DNA of 62,997 nt, counting the filler, from Vannella sp. (Eukaryota): assembly GCA_023345925.1 (NCBI GenBank). It is 6 parts of 6 records of this genome, joined end to end, with 100 filler letters (N's around TTAATTAATTAA, not from the genome) between each part and the next. Parts side by side here need not be neighbours in the genome. Positions count along the whole stretch, not along the records: positions 1 to 20,473 come from JAJQQN010001245.1; 5 more parts are not named here. One strand, written 5' to 3'. A model generated the notes under the pieces. It was not told the origin of the DNA and did not search any database. It saw nothing but the letters and a program-made list of their open reading frames with translations. Shown here piece after piece: positions 1-13,470 of this stretch. The translations under genes were made by a program, and so were the position numbers. Positions within the stretch are counted from its first letter, which is position 1. Every line of letters begins with the position of its first letter.

Positions 1-115
1 CTCCAGAAGACCAGCAAGCCTCCCCCCTGAGAAGGCCAAAGAATGGACCTTTCCTGCTACCAGGGCGACCTGCTGACCAACTTCGCATTGAGTTTGTGTG
101 GCTTCTCAACAGGGG

Positions 116-136
116 TTTAGGGTTTAGGGTTTAGGG
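116..136 (+). repeat. Three tandem TTTAGGG telomere-type repeats (interstitial)
   Basis: Sequence reads ggg-tttaggg-tttaggg-tttaggg at 113-136, just past the stop codon of the minus-strand PAXX-like gene. Confidence 0.7.
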
Positions 137-172
137 TCCGTGCCTTTCCTACTCGGCTTTACAAAACGAGCT

Positions 173-896
173 TTATTCTTCGCCTATCCGAGCACCGCGA
201 GCAACGGTTCTCCTGCTGTGGGGATTGACAATGGAGTAGCCGGGCTTACGGCGAAGGTGAGTTTGCACTTTCCGCTTCTGTACACCGCTAGGAGCGGGGA
301 TAGGACGGGTCGTATCGTTGTCTTCCAAGTGCGCTGGAAGGAGATCTTGGGAGTCGAGCTGCTGTTGGTAGTCTGAGAGCTTCTTCTTCAAGGAGCGGTT
401 CTCTGCTTGCGCTTTCTGAGCCTCTTGCAAGCGCTTCGTCATCTCTGTGATGAAGGTTCCTATCAAGTGCCTTGGGTGGCCAGTAGATGTCCTGGGAAGG
501 CGGAAGATGTAGGATAGTGGTTCTCCTTCAACGTAGCACTCTACGCTGATCTTTACATACTCCCCACGGTCCTTGACACTCAATGAATCGGCCAAAAGCC
601 CTTGCAGAAGGCGGTCACTGAAGAGTGACCAGTCCTCCTTGGCCATTTCCATCTCTTCTCTCTATCTGAATGAGTCCAGGAGGGGTAGAACATAAGGGAC
701 TAACCATCTGTCGCATGTCATGGAACGAGAGGCCGATCTCCCAGAAGGACGTGAACAAATCCGTGCAAGCAACAGTCAACACGCTCTCCGCCACCTTAAA
801 GTGGAACTTGATAACGTACAGGTCTGCTCCACCAGCTGACCCCTTCTCTCGATAGATATGAGAACACTCCTGCAGTGAACGAGCCCATTCTTCCAT
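173..896 (-). CDS. PAXX: PAXX-like / XRCC4-superfamily NHEJ factor (2 exons, intron 662-704)
   Basis: A 43-nt GTTAGT...TAG intron joins ORFs 615..899 and 173..652 in frame (RQM|REEMEM). Head region LTVACTDLFTSFW, a short coiled coil, and C-terminal RRKPGYSIVNP resembling the PAXX Ku-binding tail RRRCPGESLINP. Confidence 0.6.
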
Positions 897-1123
897 CACG
901 AGCCAAGCACGAATGACTTTCCCGCCCTTTTCCCTTTCACTCCTCCATCAACAGTGACGGGCACTTCGTCATACTCTGAGGTGGTTCCTTGAATGCACTG
1001 TTCTATGGTGGAGGCTTGGGAGTGGTCGGAAGTCTGTACAGGCTGTATCGGCTGAGGGGAAGTGCGGCCCGCGTCGGAGGTTTCATTATTTGGACCGCCG
1101 AGCGTCTTTGACAAGCCCTCGTG

Positions 1124-2560
1124 ATGTCAGCGAAGGAGTACTTGAGTGGAGTGGATAAGAGCTTCTTTGCTGTGGAAGGAGAAGGTCATCCCATGACGAT
1201 CGCGTCCGCCTGGGTCTTTCACGAGCGTGTGGAGCTTGCGTCGGTTCTGGAAGAGTACGAGAAGATGACAGAACAGTTCCCTCGATTGAGGATGAAAGTC
1301 AGCGAGCCTACGCTGGCGTGGTGGCCTGCTTATGGCCGATATTGGGAGTCCTACGACTTCAACTTGGCCCAACATGTCACGGAGGTACACGTGGCAGAGG
1401 AGGATGGCTCTACAGAGGAAGATCTACTCAAAGGGATGGTTGCTGATCTATACGGCAAGCCGTGGGACTTCACACGAGCACTCTGGCACTCTTACCTCAT
1501 CCATTATGGCCAAGACAAGTCAATGCTGTACACCCAACTGCACCACTGCATCACTGACGGACAAGGCTGCATTCGTTGCCTCCTTTCCGTCACAAAGGGA
1601 GTCAGTGACGCCTCATCGGAGCAACATGGAACACATCAACCTCGCCCAGCCCGCCAAGGTCCTGTAGATCGGTTGATCGGACACCTTCCAGCCATCCTTC
1701 ACTCAGGAGCCACTCAATTCACGCATCAGATAAGTCAGCTACTGCTTGTGGTGCTGGGAACCTTCTACATGTGGTACAACTTGCTCGGTGTCTTGTTTTT
1801 CTTCCACCGCCGGAACATGCGAGGCCAACTGACCCCTCAGAAGAGTGTATCGTACGTGGATGACATCGATCTTGGTCGAATCAAGCTCATTAAGGACCAC
1901 TTTGGCGTGACAGTGAACGATGTGATTCTGAGCTCGTTGGCAGGCTCCTACCGAGAGTATATCGCCCAACGAGAAGGCCCAGCCAAAGACAAAGATCTTC
2001 TGAGCTACATTCCAATCAGCATGCGCGCTGTGGACGACTGGACACTTGGAAACAAGGTAACGGCGATGTGGCTTCGCTTGCCACTCGACATGGAGCACCC
2101 CATTCAACGACTATACGAAGTACAACGACGTATGAATGCTCTGAAGAAGACGCCAGAGCCCATGGGACTCTATTTCTGGAACGACGTGATGGGCCGCTTG
2201 CCGTTCACTCACTCGCAGTTGCTTAAACCTGTCAGTGATTGGATACTTCGAAAGCCACACACTATCATCACCAACGTGCCAGGTCCAAGGAGCAAACTAA
2301 GCTTCGCTGGGAAGACAATCGAAAGGTACATCGCTCTCATCCCCCAACCGGGAGGCGGAGGCGCAGGTGTGGCCATCCTCTCCTACGCAGATCGAGTGTC
2401 TTGCTCTCTCATCACTGATCGAGGTCAACTTTCCGACCAGGGCGAAGGAATCGCTGTTGGAGTGAAGGACCAAATCGACAAGCTCTTCCACCTCCTTCCC
2501 TCTCCCCCACAACCTCTGAATGAGCAAAGACCTCATGTGGAGGAGGACATCGATGAATAG
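1124..2560 (+). CDS. Wax ester synthase / acyl-CoA:diacylglycerol acyltransferase (WS/DGAT)
   Basis: Catalytic HHxxxDG (HHCITDG), GVTVNDV, LGNK, ITNVPGP and ILSY motifs; single exon. Confidence 0.9.
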   Translation: MSAKEYLSGVDKSFFAVEGEGHPMTIASAWVFHERVELASVLEEYEKMTEQFPRLRMKVSEPTLAWWPAYGRYWESYDFNLAQHVTEVHVAEEDGSTEEDLLKGMVADLYGKPWDFTRALWHSYLIHYGQDKSMLYTQLHHCITDGQGCIRCLLSVTKGVSDASSEQHGTHQPRPARQGPVDRLIGHLPAILHSGATQFTHQISQLLLVVLGTFYMWYNLLGVLFFFHRRNMRGQLTPQKSVSYVDDIDLGRIKLIKDHFGVTVNDVILSSLAGSYREYIAQREGPAKDKDLLSYIPISMRAVDDWTLGNKVTAMWLRLPLDMEHPIQRLYEVQRRMNALKKTPEPMGLYFWNDVMGRLPFTHSQLLKPVSDWILRKPHTIITNVPGPRSKLSFAGKTIERYIALIPQPGGGGAGVAILSYADRVSCSLITDRGQLSDQGEGIAVGVKDQIDKLFHLLPSPPQPLNEQRPHVEEDIDE

Positions 2561-2697
2561 AAACAAACTCTTCCATGTTCATCGCCATTACAATAATGGC
2601 GTAATTATGATGGGCCACATTTATTGCGGATTCATGCAATCCGCCATATTGCTGAACAAGGATCCTTGGTCGCATTTTATTGTCATATTCTTGCACG

Positions 2698-4463
2698 ATG
2701 GAGAGGCGGAGGCTGTCAAAGAAGGATGGGTCGGGGCCTTCTTACGAATCGATGGGAAGAGGATCTGTGCAGGAGGAAGACTTGGGCAGTCCGAATATCA
2801 GAGTGGAGGAGACTCACTTGATGTCTCCATCACGGGGATTAAGACCTCTGAAAGTGGTGGACTTTGTGGAGCCGTTGTACCTTGGAAGTGCGCTCATTGT
2901 TGCGCATCGGACGCGTTGGAGGATACACGTTGAAGAGACTAGCCTTACAGAACATGCAGGGTTCATTGATGTGGCTGTAACAGGCAACTTTGAGCCTTTC
3001 AGCGCGATGCACCGGGCCCGTATCCCAGTGGTAGCTTGTTCAAGCCCTCAAGACATCGAAACACACGTAGGAAAGGAGACCATATCGGATAATACAGCCT
3101 CCTGGTACGCCTACTGCGCTGAGAGTCCGCCTTCGGGGTCGAATGAATCCTCCTCAAGGATTGTCGAGTATCTGGTTAGCTTGATCAAGCCAACTCAATG
3201 GTGCTCTTTGATGAAGCCTGTAAGGTTTTACTTCAAGGGTGTCTACAGCCCGGCGGCGCAGTGTACGTGGGAGAAAGCGAGTTCTCCCGCAGTTGTGCTC
3301 GACCAAGAGGCTCCCAGGTACTTTGAAAGGGCTTACAGCGCCATACAACTACACAGAATGGGATATAGAGACGATGCTGTCTTGTATCCAGTGAGTCAGC
3401 CCTCCTCTCCCTCAGCCTAACTCATTCCTCCTCACAGAATGTCGAAGTGTCCTGGAGGGACTTTGTAGAACTGGTGGAAGCACATTTCCAGGCAACAACA
3501 GGGAGGATACGGAGGGTATTTGATAAGATAGACTATTTGACCCCTCTCCACGTGGACAGTATCATGCGAATGACTCAATCAAGTGATGGTAGGCCCCTCC
3601 AGAGGTCTTCCTGGCCATTTGGTGTGGCTGATACATGAATAGATAATAAGGTATTGATGAAGAGGCTGCGTTACTTCTGTCACGTATCGCAAGAAGGGGG
3701 AATCCCGCCTCCACTGCTTCAGATGGAAGCGGTAGTCCAGCGATATCCCCAAAGCTGGGAAGATGGCTCCATTGCAGGCATTATCAGCTCTTCTGTGGCT
3801 AAGCAGTATCTTTTGGGTCATGGCCATCCTGTAGGAAGCTTCCTGCTTCGAATGCAATTCAATTCTCCAAGTGAACTTTGTGCCAGCTCAGTTCAGATTC
3901 ATCCGCAAAGTGGCGCTACGTTTGTAGACCATCTAACGATTTCAGACCATGTGGCTCCAAATGACCAGAAGCTGATGGAGTATCTGGCCAATAGCCCCGT
4001 TCATCAGTTACTTTTGCCTTCGCAAAAACTCTGTGCTGCACCCACATTCGCCCGAAGGCTTTCTTTTAAAGGAAGCGAATCCTCTGCTTATCGAACTACA
4101 GACATTCACTCGCAAAGGACCAACACTCTTCTTCAAGACATCCAAACAAGACCTTCTAGGTCTTCCAGTCAGTCGTCAAAGCGTTCTCCGAGCGTTACAA
4201 GGAGTTTGGACGCGTTACCAAGCATCAACTTTACTCTAACTCATCCCAATTTGGATCCCAGAGTCAGCGCATGGCTCTCATCTATATTGGAAGGCGAAAT
4301 ACTGGAGGAAGTGATGACCGCCTTTGAGAGTGAGCGAGTCACTTTTGCCTCTTTAGAAGTCCTCGAAGCGGAAGACCTTAAAGAGATGAATATTCCAATC
4401 GGTCCACGAAAGGAGCTCCTCGAGGCCATCCAAAATCTATCTGAGTCCACAGAATCCGGCTAA
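2698..4463 (+). CDS. Divergent STAT-like protein (putative DNA-binding domain, linker, SH2) with C-terminal SAM domain; 3 exons
   Basis: Introns 3391-3437 and about 3588-3642 join three ORFs. EVSWRDFVELVEAHF resembles a STAT linker; WEDGSIAGII...PVGSFLLR resembles a STAT-type SH2; VSAWL...FESERVT...DLKEMNIPIGPRKELL is SAM-like. Confidence 0.6.
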
Positions 4464-4676
4464 ATTCATCTTTTTCATTTCCTCTGCGTATTTCTTTCGC
4501 ATTTGATGAGGTTTCAGTTCAATTGGATGGTTGCCCGTCCGCAAACCGACCAACCAGAGACCTCCTCTTGAATGAAGGCGACGAAATGGTAAGAACCGAC
4601 TTTTATCGTCAAAGCCAAGGTTATGGGCTGTCCAATACTGCACTCTTGGATGTTCATTGGCTTTGAGACGAGAGAT

Positions 4677-8012
<3,336 letters not shown>

Positions 8013-8224
8013 CCCCCACCAGCCCAAAAAATAATGACATGATTATGGTATAGCACCCTATCAGGAGTGAGAGCTTCAGTTATCAAGTTGACTGTGTTGT
8101 CAAGTAAACTCCTTTGCCTTCAAGCACTCAAGTCCAGAAGTGTATTCTTAGCGGCGTTCCGAAAGCTAGCCATGAAGGGAAAACGACTTTCTCTGTCATT
8201 AACAAATTCCACTGTTTTATGACT

Positions 8225-10225
8225 CTACCAAAGGGCGAAAAGGAGTGCGAGAAGTGCTGTGGATAGTGGGTGGGCGGAGTTGTTGTTGTCCTGTCCTTGG
8301 TTGAGAGAGGAATCAGGAAGAATCAAACTGGACAAGTTCTCCGGCTCAGGAGAAGAACTGGGTGTTTTGGAACCTGTTCCTGCGGGTGCGTTAGCACGAA
8401 GAGATGAAAATGCGATGCCGCCGCGAGCGGAGTGATAGGAGAATGAATCAGGACCAGTTGGAATGGCATCTGAAAGTGCCCAGATGAAGAACCCAGGCTT
8501 GTCTGAATCGATTGGGCGATCTTGAGAAGAGTCAGTGGTTGTCAAGGGTCGACTGAACCGCATTTGCAACCTCCCGTTCGTGGATTGAATGGCAACATCC
8601 TCAATGTTTTGTTCATCATCCAAGGCAGGCTGGCGATGTGCGGTAGCCCAGTAATCTGAAACTGTGGGACTGTTCTCAGAGATGAATCCCATTACAATGT
8701 CGCTCCCCTTTCCTCCGCTATCCATCGAACCGTCTTCCGAGAATCCAACAGCAATCCAACCAGAAGCCTTGCCTTCCACTTGCATCTGAATAGAGTCACC
8801 TTCAAGACTCCAAGAAATGGTAACTTTTCTACCGCTGTTATCAGCCGTGACTTGATTCTGATAAGCATTGGAAGAGGGCTCGTTATCTGATGGAGCAGAA
8901 GAGGGTGATGCAGGTCTAGGAACACCTGAAGGGGATGATTTAGAATCTGGCGAAAGCTGGTAAAGTTTGCCGGAGCTGTAGTCCGCCAACATGATCTTTC
9001 CGTGAATCGCTCCAAAAGTGCTGATGCCGAAATCCGTCTTCAGAAGCTCAACAGCACGAGTTCCACAAGCTTCATTGGTGGACTTAGTGTCAATGGCAAA
9101 GAGAGTTCCAGCTACAAAGTCTCCAAAGATGTACCTGTGTTGGAGATTCGGTCCCAGCTCAGTGCCATGATAAACATATCCTCCTGTAATGGACTGTCCC
9201 ACATCATGTGCATAGCTATGAATAGGAAGAGTATAGTCCGAGGGAGTACAACCGCCTTGGCCAGGTGTGCACACGCATCCTTCTGTGTCCACCCAACCAA
9301 AGTTTTGCCCTGGCTCTGTCGCCACAGAAACCTCCTCAAACGCGCCTTGTCCAACGTCACCAATCCAAATATGTCCAGTCTCTGAATCGAAGCTGAACCT
9401 CCAAGGGTTGCGCAGCCCGTACGAGTAGATCTCTGGTTTGCCTCCTCCATCCGCAAAGGGGTTGTCTGTTCTCATAAGTATGCATTCCTCAAGCGTACCA
9501 GGCCTGCCTTACCCGAAGGAATGGAGTACGGTCGGTTCTTTCCGGGTACGTCCACGTTGATTCGCAGCAACTTGCCGAGGAGAGTGTTCTTGTTCTGTCC
9601 GTTACCTTGTGGGTCGTTTCCTGATCCTCCGTCACCCACTGGAGTGACTGGTGAGTTATCGTATGAGGGAGAGGAAGGAGAACTTGCCAGCGATGTAAAG
9701 GAAGCCGTCTGGGCCGAACTGGAGCTGACCACCGTTGTGATTAGCATATGGTTGGTCGATAGTGAGCATACGCAGCTCACTGGAGCGATCTGCTTGGTCG
9801 GGAGAAGAAGGAGATACGCGGAACCGGCTTAGAACCGTCCTCGGCTCAGGGAAGGAGTAATAGTACACGTAAAAGTACCCGTTGGTTTGGTATTGAGGAT
9901 GGAAAGCCAGCCCCAGTAGCCCTTCCTCTTGCTCTCGGATGTCAATCAACGCGGAGATGTCAAGGAAGGTGGTCTTGACGTCGCCTGCCTCGTTAGGCTT
10001 GAGAATTAGGATACGGCCAGCTTGTTCAACAACAAAAACACGTTCAGAGTCTCGGGGAGCGGTCTGGAGATCAACTGGGTTGAAGAAAGCCCCGTAGCGC
10101 CCTTTGAAGGTCCCGTTCGTTAGCGGGCGATGTTCTCCTTCTCCTAGAACCTTACCGTACACTTGCTCAAGCACAAGGGCTTGGCAGCACACCACAAACA
10201 TCCAAACTAAGCACGCAGCCCGCAT
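8225..10225 (-). CDS. Secreted PQQ-dependent sugar dehydrogenase-like (GSDH/HHIPL) beta-propeller plus DOMON domain, probable GPI anchor; 3 exons
   Basis: Signal peptide [92 protein letters not shown]...SDIVMG and FIWA..YH; hydrophobic C-terminal tail. Confidence 0.85.
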
Positions 10226-10757
10226 CAGAGCAAAGCGTAAATAAAAAGGTTGATATCCCCATAATTGCGCCATTATTGGTTGAACACTCAGGGTTGTGAC
10301 TCGTCTCATCGGGGACAAAAACCCCTCGACACACTTTTTTGGGGTCGAGCCATTATGTATAGTTATATTTTACACCTTCTGGGAAAAGGAAAAAAATAGG
10401 ATAAGAGCAACCAAGCCCATTGCCAGGAAAGTGTGAAAAATCGGGGGTCTTGTCCCTGATGAGTGGGGCGGTGAATTCTCTCATTTCAGGGCGAGGTCCA
10501 GCAAGTTTTCTCAGAAAATAAAAAAGCAAAGTGTTCAGGTGATAACTTTGCAGTGTGAGCGACAATCTGGTGATGAAGTAGCTCTCTACAACGACATCTC
10601 TAAAGCATAGCTATCTTTCTTATCCGAAGGACCCATAAAGCTAACTGTGAGATTTCTTTGAAGCAAAAGTTACAATTTGAGAAGATTCTGCGAATTGTGA
10701 TTCAAAATGGGTCTGACAGTTTCACAAATTGGGGTCTTTCTTCACCAACCCTCCGCC

Positions 10758-13162
10758 ATGCGCCTTCTTCTCTTGGCGGTGTTTCTTTGTCTCATCCTGG
10801 GAGTCTTCTGTCAACTGAATACGATTATTGACAACTTCCCCCTCTCCAATACGCCCTCGATTTCTTCACCTCTGGGGGAGGTCACCCCTCCTAAACGGTT
10901 CTTCAACTATTCTTCTGTGTACTCTCCAAGCTGCGGAATCCCTGTTGGTTGCGCTCGTGACATTACCCTCGGTTTCATCAACGTGCCGGATAAGAATATC
11001 CAGATTAACGTCGAACCGAATGGACTGGGAGGCCTCGCGATCTCAACGACGAACAGGTTCCCCTCTACTTTTAGTGTGCTTCTTCAGTATGACGGCCCGG
11101 ACAACTCCACCAATCTGAACACGACCTCTGGATTCTCCTTTGCTTTGGGATCTGACCCCGTCTTCCAAGCTGTCGTCCCCAAAGCTTTCGAGAACATCAC
11201 TGTCCGACTCTTTTATCTTGATGAAAGGGGAACCACCCAGGTTTGCCTCTCACAAAGAGCGTACTCCGGAATGACAGTCGAAGACTTCAATCAGACGGAT
11301 TTCGCCCCTTGCAACTTCACTGCGACTGTCGCCTTCGAGGTGGAGTACCTGTTCATGGCTGATGAAAACAACAGGTTCGAAATCGGCCCTATCTCCATCA
11401 ACAGAAAGCTCAACTCGAGTCCTTCTGCTTCCCCTTCAGCTTCTGGCACGGAGACTGCCTCAGCAAGTGCCTCTTCCTCGGTGACTGCAACAGGATCCGC
11501 TTCCTCCTCAGCCTCCAGGTCCTCTTCCCCAACTGCTTCTGACTCACCAAGCATTAGTCCTTCCGTGTCGCTCTCTGGGACCATCTCTCCTTCCTTGTCA
11601 GTCAGCATCAGCAACTCTTTGTCTATGACTCAGAGTAACACCATCTCGGTCTCTCCAAGCATCACTCCGACTATCTCAATCACTCCCAGTACCACTCCGA
11701 CCATTTCGATCACTCCGAGTACCACTCCGACCATATCTGTGACCCCCAGCAACACTCCTTCTTCGTCTATTACTGCGAGTAACACTCCTTCCTCGTCCGT
11801 TACCCCAAGCAACACTCCTTCCTCGTCTGTGACTGCCAGCAACACTCCTTCCTCCTCTGTGACTGCTAGCAACACTCCTTCCTCCTCTGTGACTCCTAGT
11901 AACACTCCGTCCTCGTCTGTGACTCCTAGTAACACTCCTTCGTCTGTGACTGCCAGCAACTCGCCCTCCTCATCTGTTACTCCGAGTATCACACCCACTG
12001 GTACTCCAACCAGCAGCATCACGCCTTCTTCATCTGTCACTCCAAGCAACACGCCCTCTTCGTCTGTCACCCCGAGCAACACGCCTTCCTCGTCTGTTAC
12101 CGCAAGTAACACGCCAACTGTCACTCCAACCATCAGCATCACGCCTTCTTCGTCTGTGACCTCCAGTAACACTCCTTCTGTCACTCCAACTATCAGCATC
12201 ACTCCTACCATCTCTGTGACGCCGAGCAACACGCCCTCTTCTTCCTCCAGTGCCAGCCACACGCAATCTCCATCAGTGAGTGCCAGCTCCAGCCGCACTC
12301 CCTCTGGACCCCAACGATCTCCCTCACTCCATCTGGAACGCCAGGCTCTTTCGTTGTGGTCGCCACCAACAACACCATTGCCACCATTCCTCGCTCTGGC
12401 CTTCCTCCTTTCGCGAACGTGACTGTTGAGGAAGTCAGCCCTGCCAGCCTTCCTCCAGCAGCAATCAACCTCCCTCTCCGATCCGTTGTCATTGATGTTG
12501 TCATCCGAAACGCCAATGGAACCTCCGTGCAGCCAACTCAGGCATTCCAAGTGTGTTTCCCACCCGTCACTGGGCCTCTTGGAGACTACTGTGTGGTGCG
12601 TGTGGACAACTCTGGACGATCTGAATGCGTCAGCGCCGGCCTGTTTGCTTCGAGTCCAGACGGGACGAACAAGGTTTGTGGAGATTCCCGTGAAGTGGGC
12701 CGCCTATCCTTAGCTTCTCGAAGAGACGTGAACCAAGCCAACTCTGCGACCAGCTCTCCGGTGCCTTCCCCATCTCTCGGTGTTTCTGCGACGATTTTTG
12801 TTGTCAATGTTCCAGTGCCAGCTCCGAATCCAATTCCCAATCCAGTGACGAATCCCGTTCCTAACCCCATTCCTGTTCCTGTTCCCAATCCCGTCCCCAA
12901 TCCCGTTCCCAACCCTGTGCCAAATCCTGTTCCCAATCCTGTGCCCAATCCTATCCCTAACCCGGTGCCAAACCCCGTACCGAACCCAGTCCCCAACCCG
13001 GTTCCCATTCCGAATCCCATTCCAGTTCCTGTGCCTGTTCCCATCCCAGTCCCTGTTCCTGTTCCAGGGAACAACGGAAATAGTGGAGAAAGCCTTTCTG
13101 TGGCTGCCAACTCGGTTGCCTCCGTCGTTACTGTCGTGTCCCTTGTGCTCTTGAGCATTTGA
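10758..13162 (+). CDS. Ser/Thr/Pro-rich mucin-like cell-surface protein with degenerate GAIN-B-like domain, probable GPI anchor; one apparent frameshift near 12307
   Basis: Signal peptide MRLLLLAVFLCLILGVFC; S/T/P repeats; the repeat pattern continues in the other frame after tct-gg-acc-cca (one base missing); PNPV repeats; hydrophobic C-terminus. Confidence 0.75.
11640..12260 (+). repeat. Coding tandem repeat, about 30-nt unit (VT[P/A]SNTPSSS)
   Basis: Repeated gtgact(c/g)c(t/c)agcaacactccttcctc-type units with synonymous divergence. Confidence 0.85.
12820..13066 (+). repeat. Coding tandem repeat (PNPV / PVPV)
   Basis: Roughly a dozen PNP[V/I] tetrapeptides followed by PV dipeptides in ORF 12356..13162. 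Confidence 0.85.
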
Positions 13163-13470
13163 TCTTCTCCACCCATAAACTCAACACTCACTCACTGCCA
13201 TATTCCACGGACCCGCCTTGGGAGTTATCTTTTTAGCTACTAATTCCAGGTACCCATCTCCTCATTACGAAAGTAGTCTGTGGTGATCAGAGAGTTGAGC
13301 CAATCTCAGTGTCAAGGTTTGGTTCAACACTTTCCAGGGCTTCAATCAAAAGATCCTTCATCAAAAGTCGACTCCATGACTATATTCGATTTGTTTCCTC
13401 GAAGCAAAACTGTTTTGATTGGTTTCCTTAGTCGATGCAACGGAACACTTTGCGGCCATTTTCTGTCCGT

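Noticed and set aside
4503..4586. TTGATGAG...GACGAAA resembling a hammerhead ribozyme core or C/D-box snoRNA
   Set aside because: The core lacks the C of CUGAUGA, the required stems are not evident, and there is no suitably placed CUGA D box.
8030..8220. Intergenic region examined for snRNA/snoRNA/SECIS; also 40490-40940 and 38830-39025
   Set aside because: Only short hairpins (e.g. GTTTACT-G-AGTAAAC at 38883-38897); no recognisable ncRNA consensus. No tRNA, rRNA or transposase was seen anywhere in the window.
11640..12260. Regular 30-nt repeats as a possible CRISPR array
   Set aside because: No unique spacers; variation is at synonymous codon positions; eukaryotic context; no cas genes.
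11291..13191. Long minus-strand ORFs (GVLLGVTDEE and GTGLGTGF repeats); likewise 38136..38843
   Set aside because: Antisense translations of low-complexity coding repeats on the plus strand.
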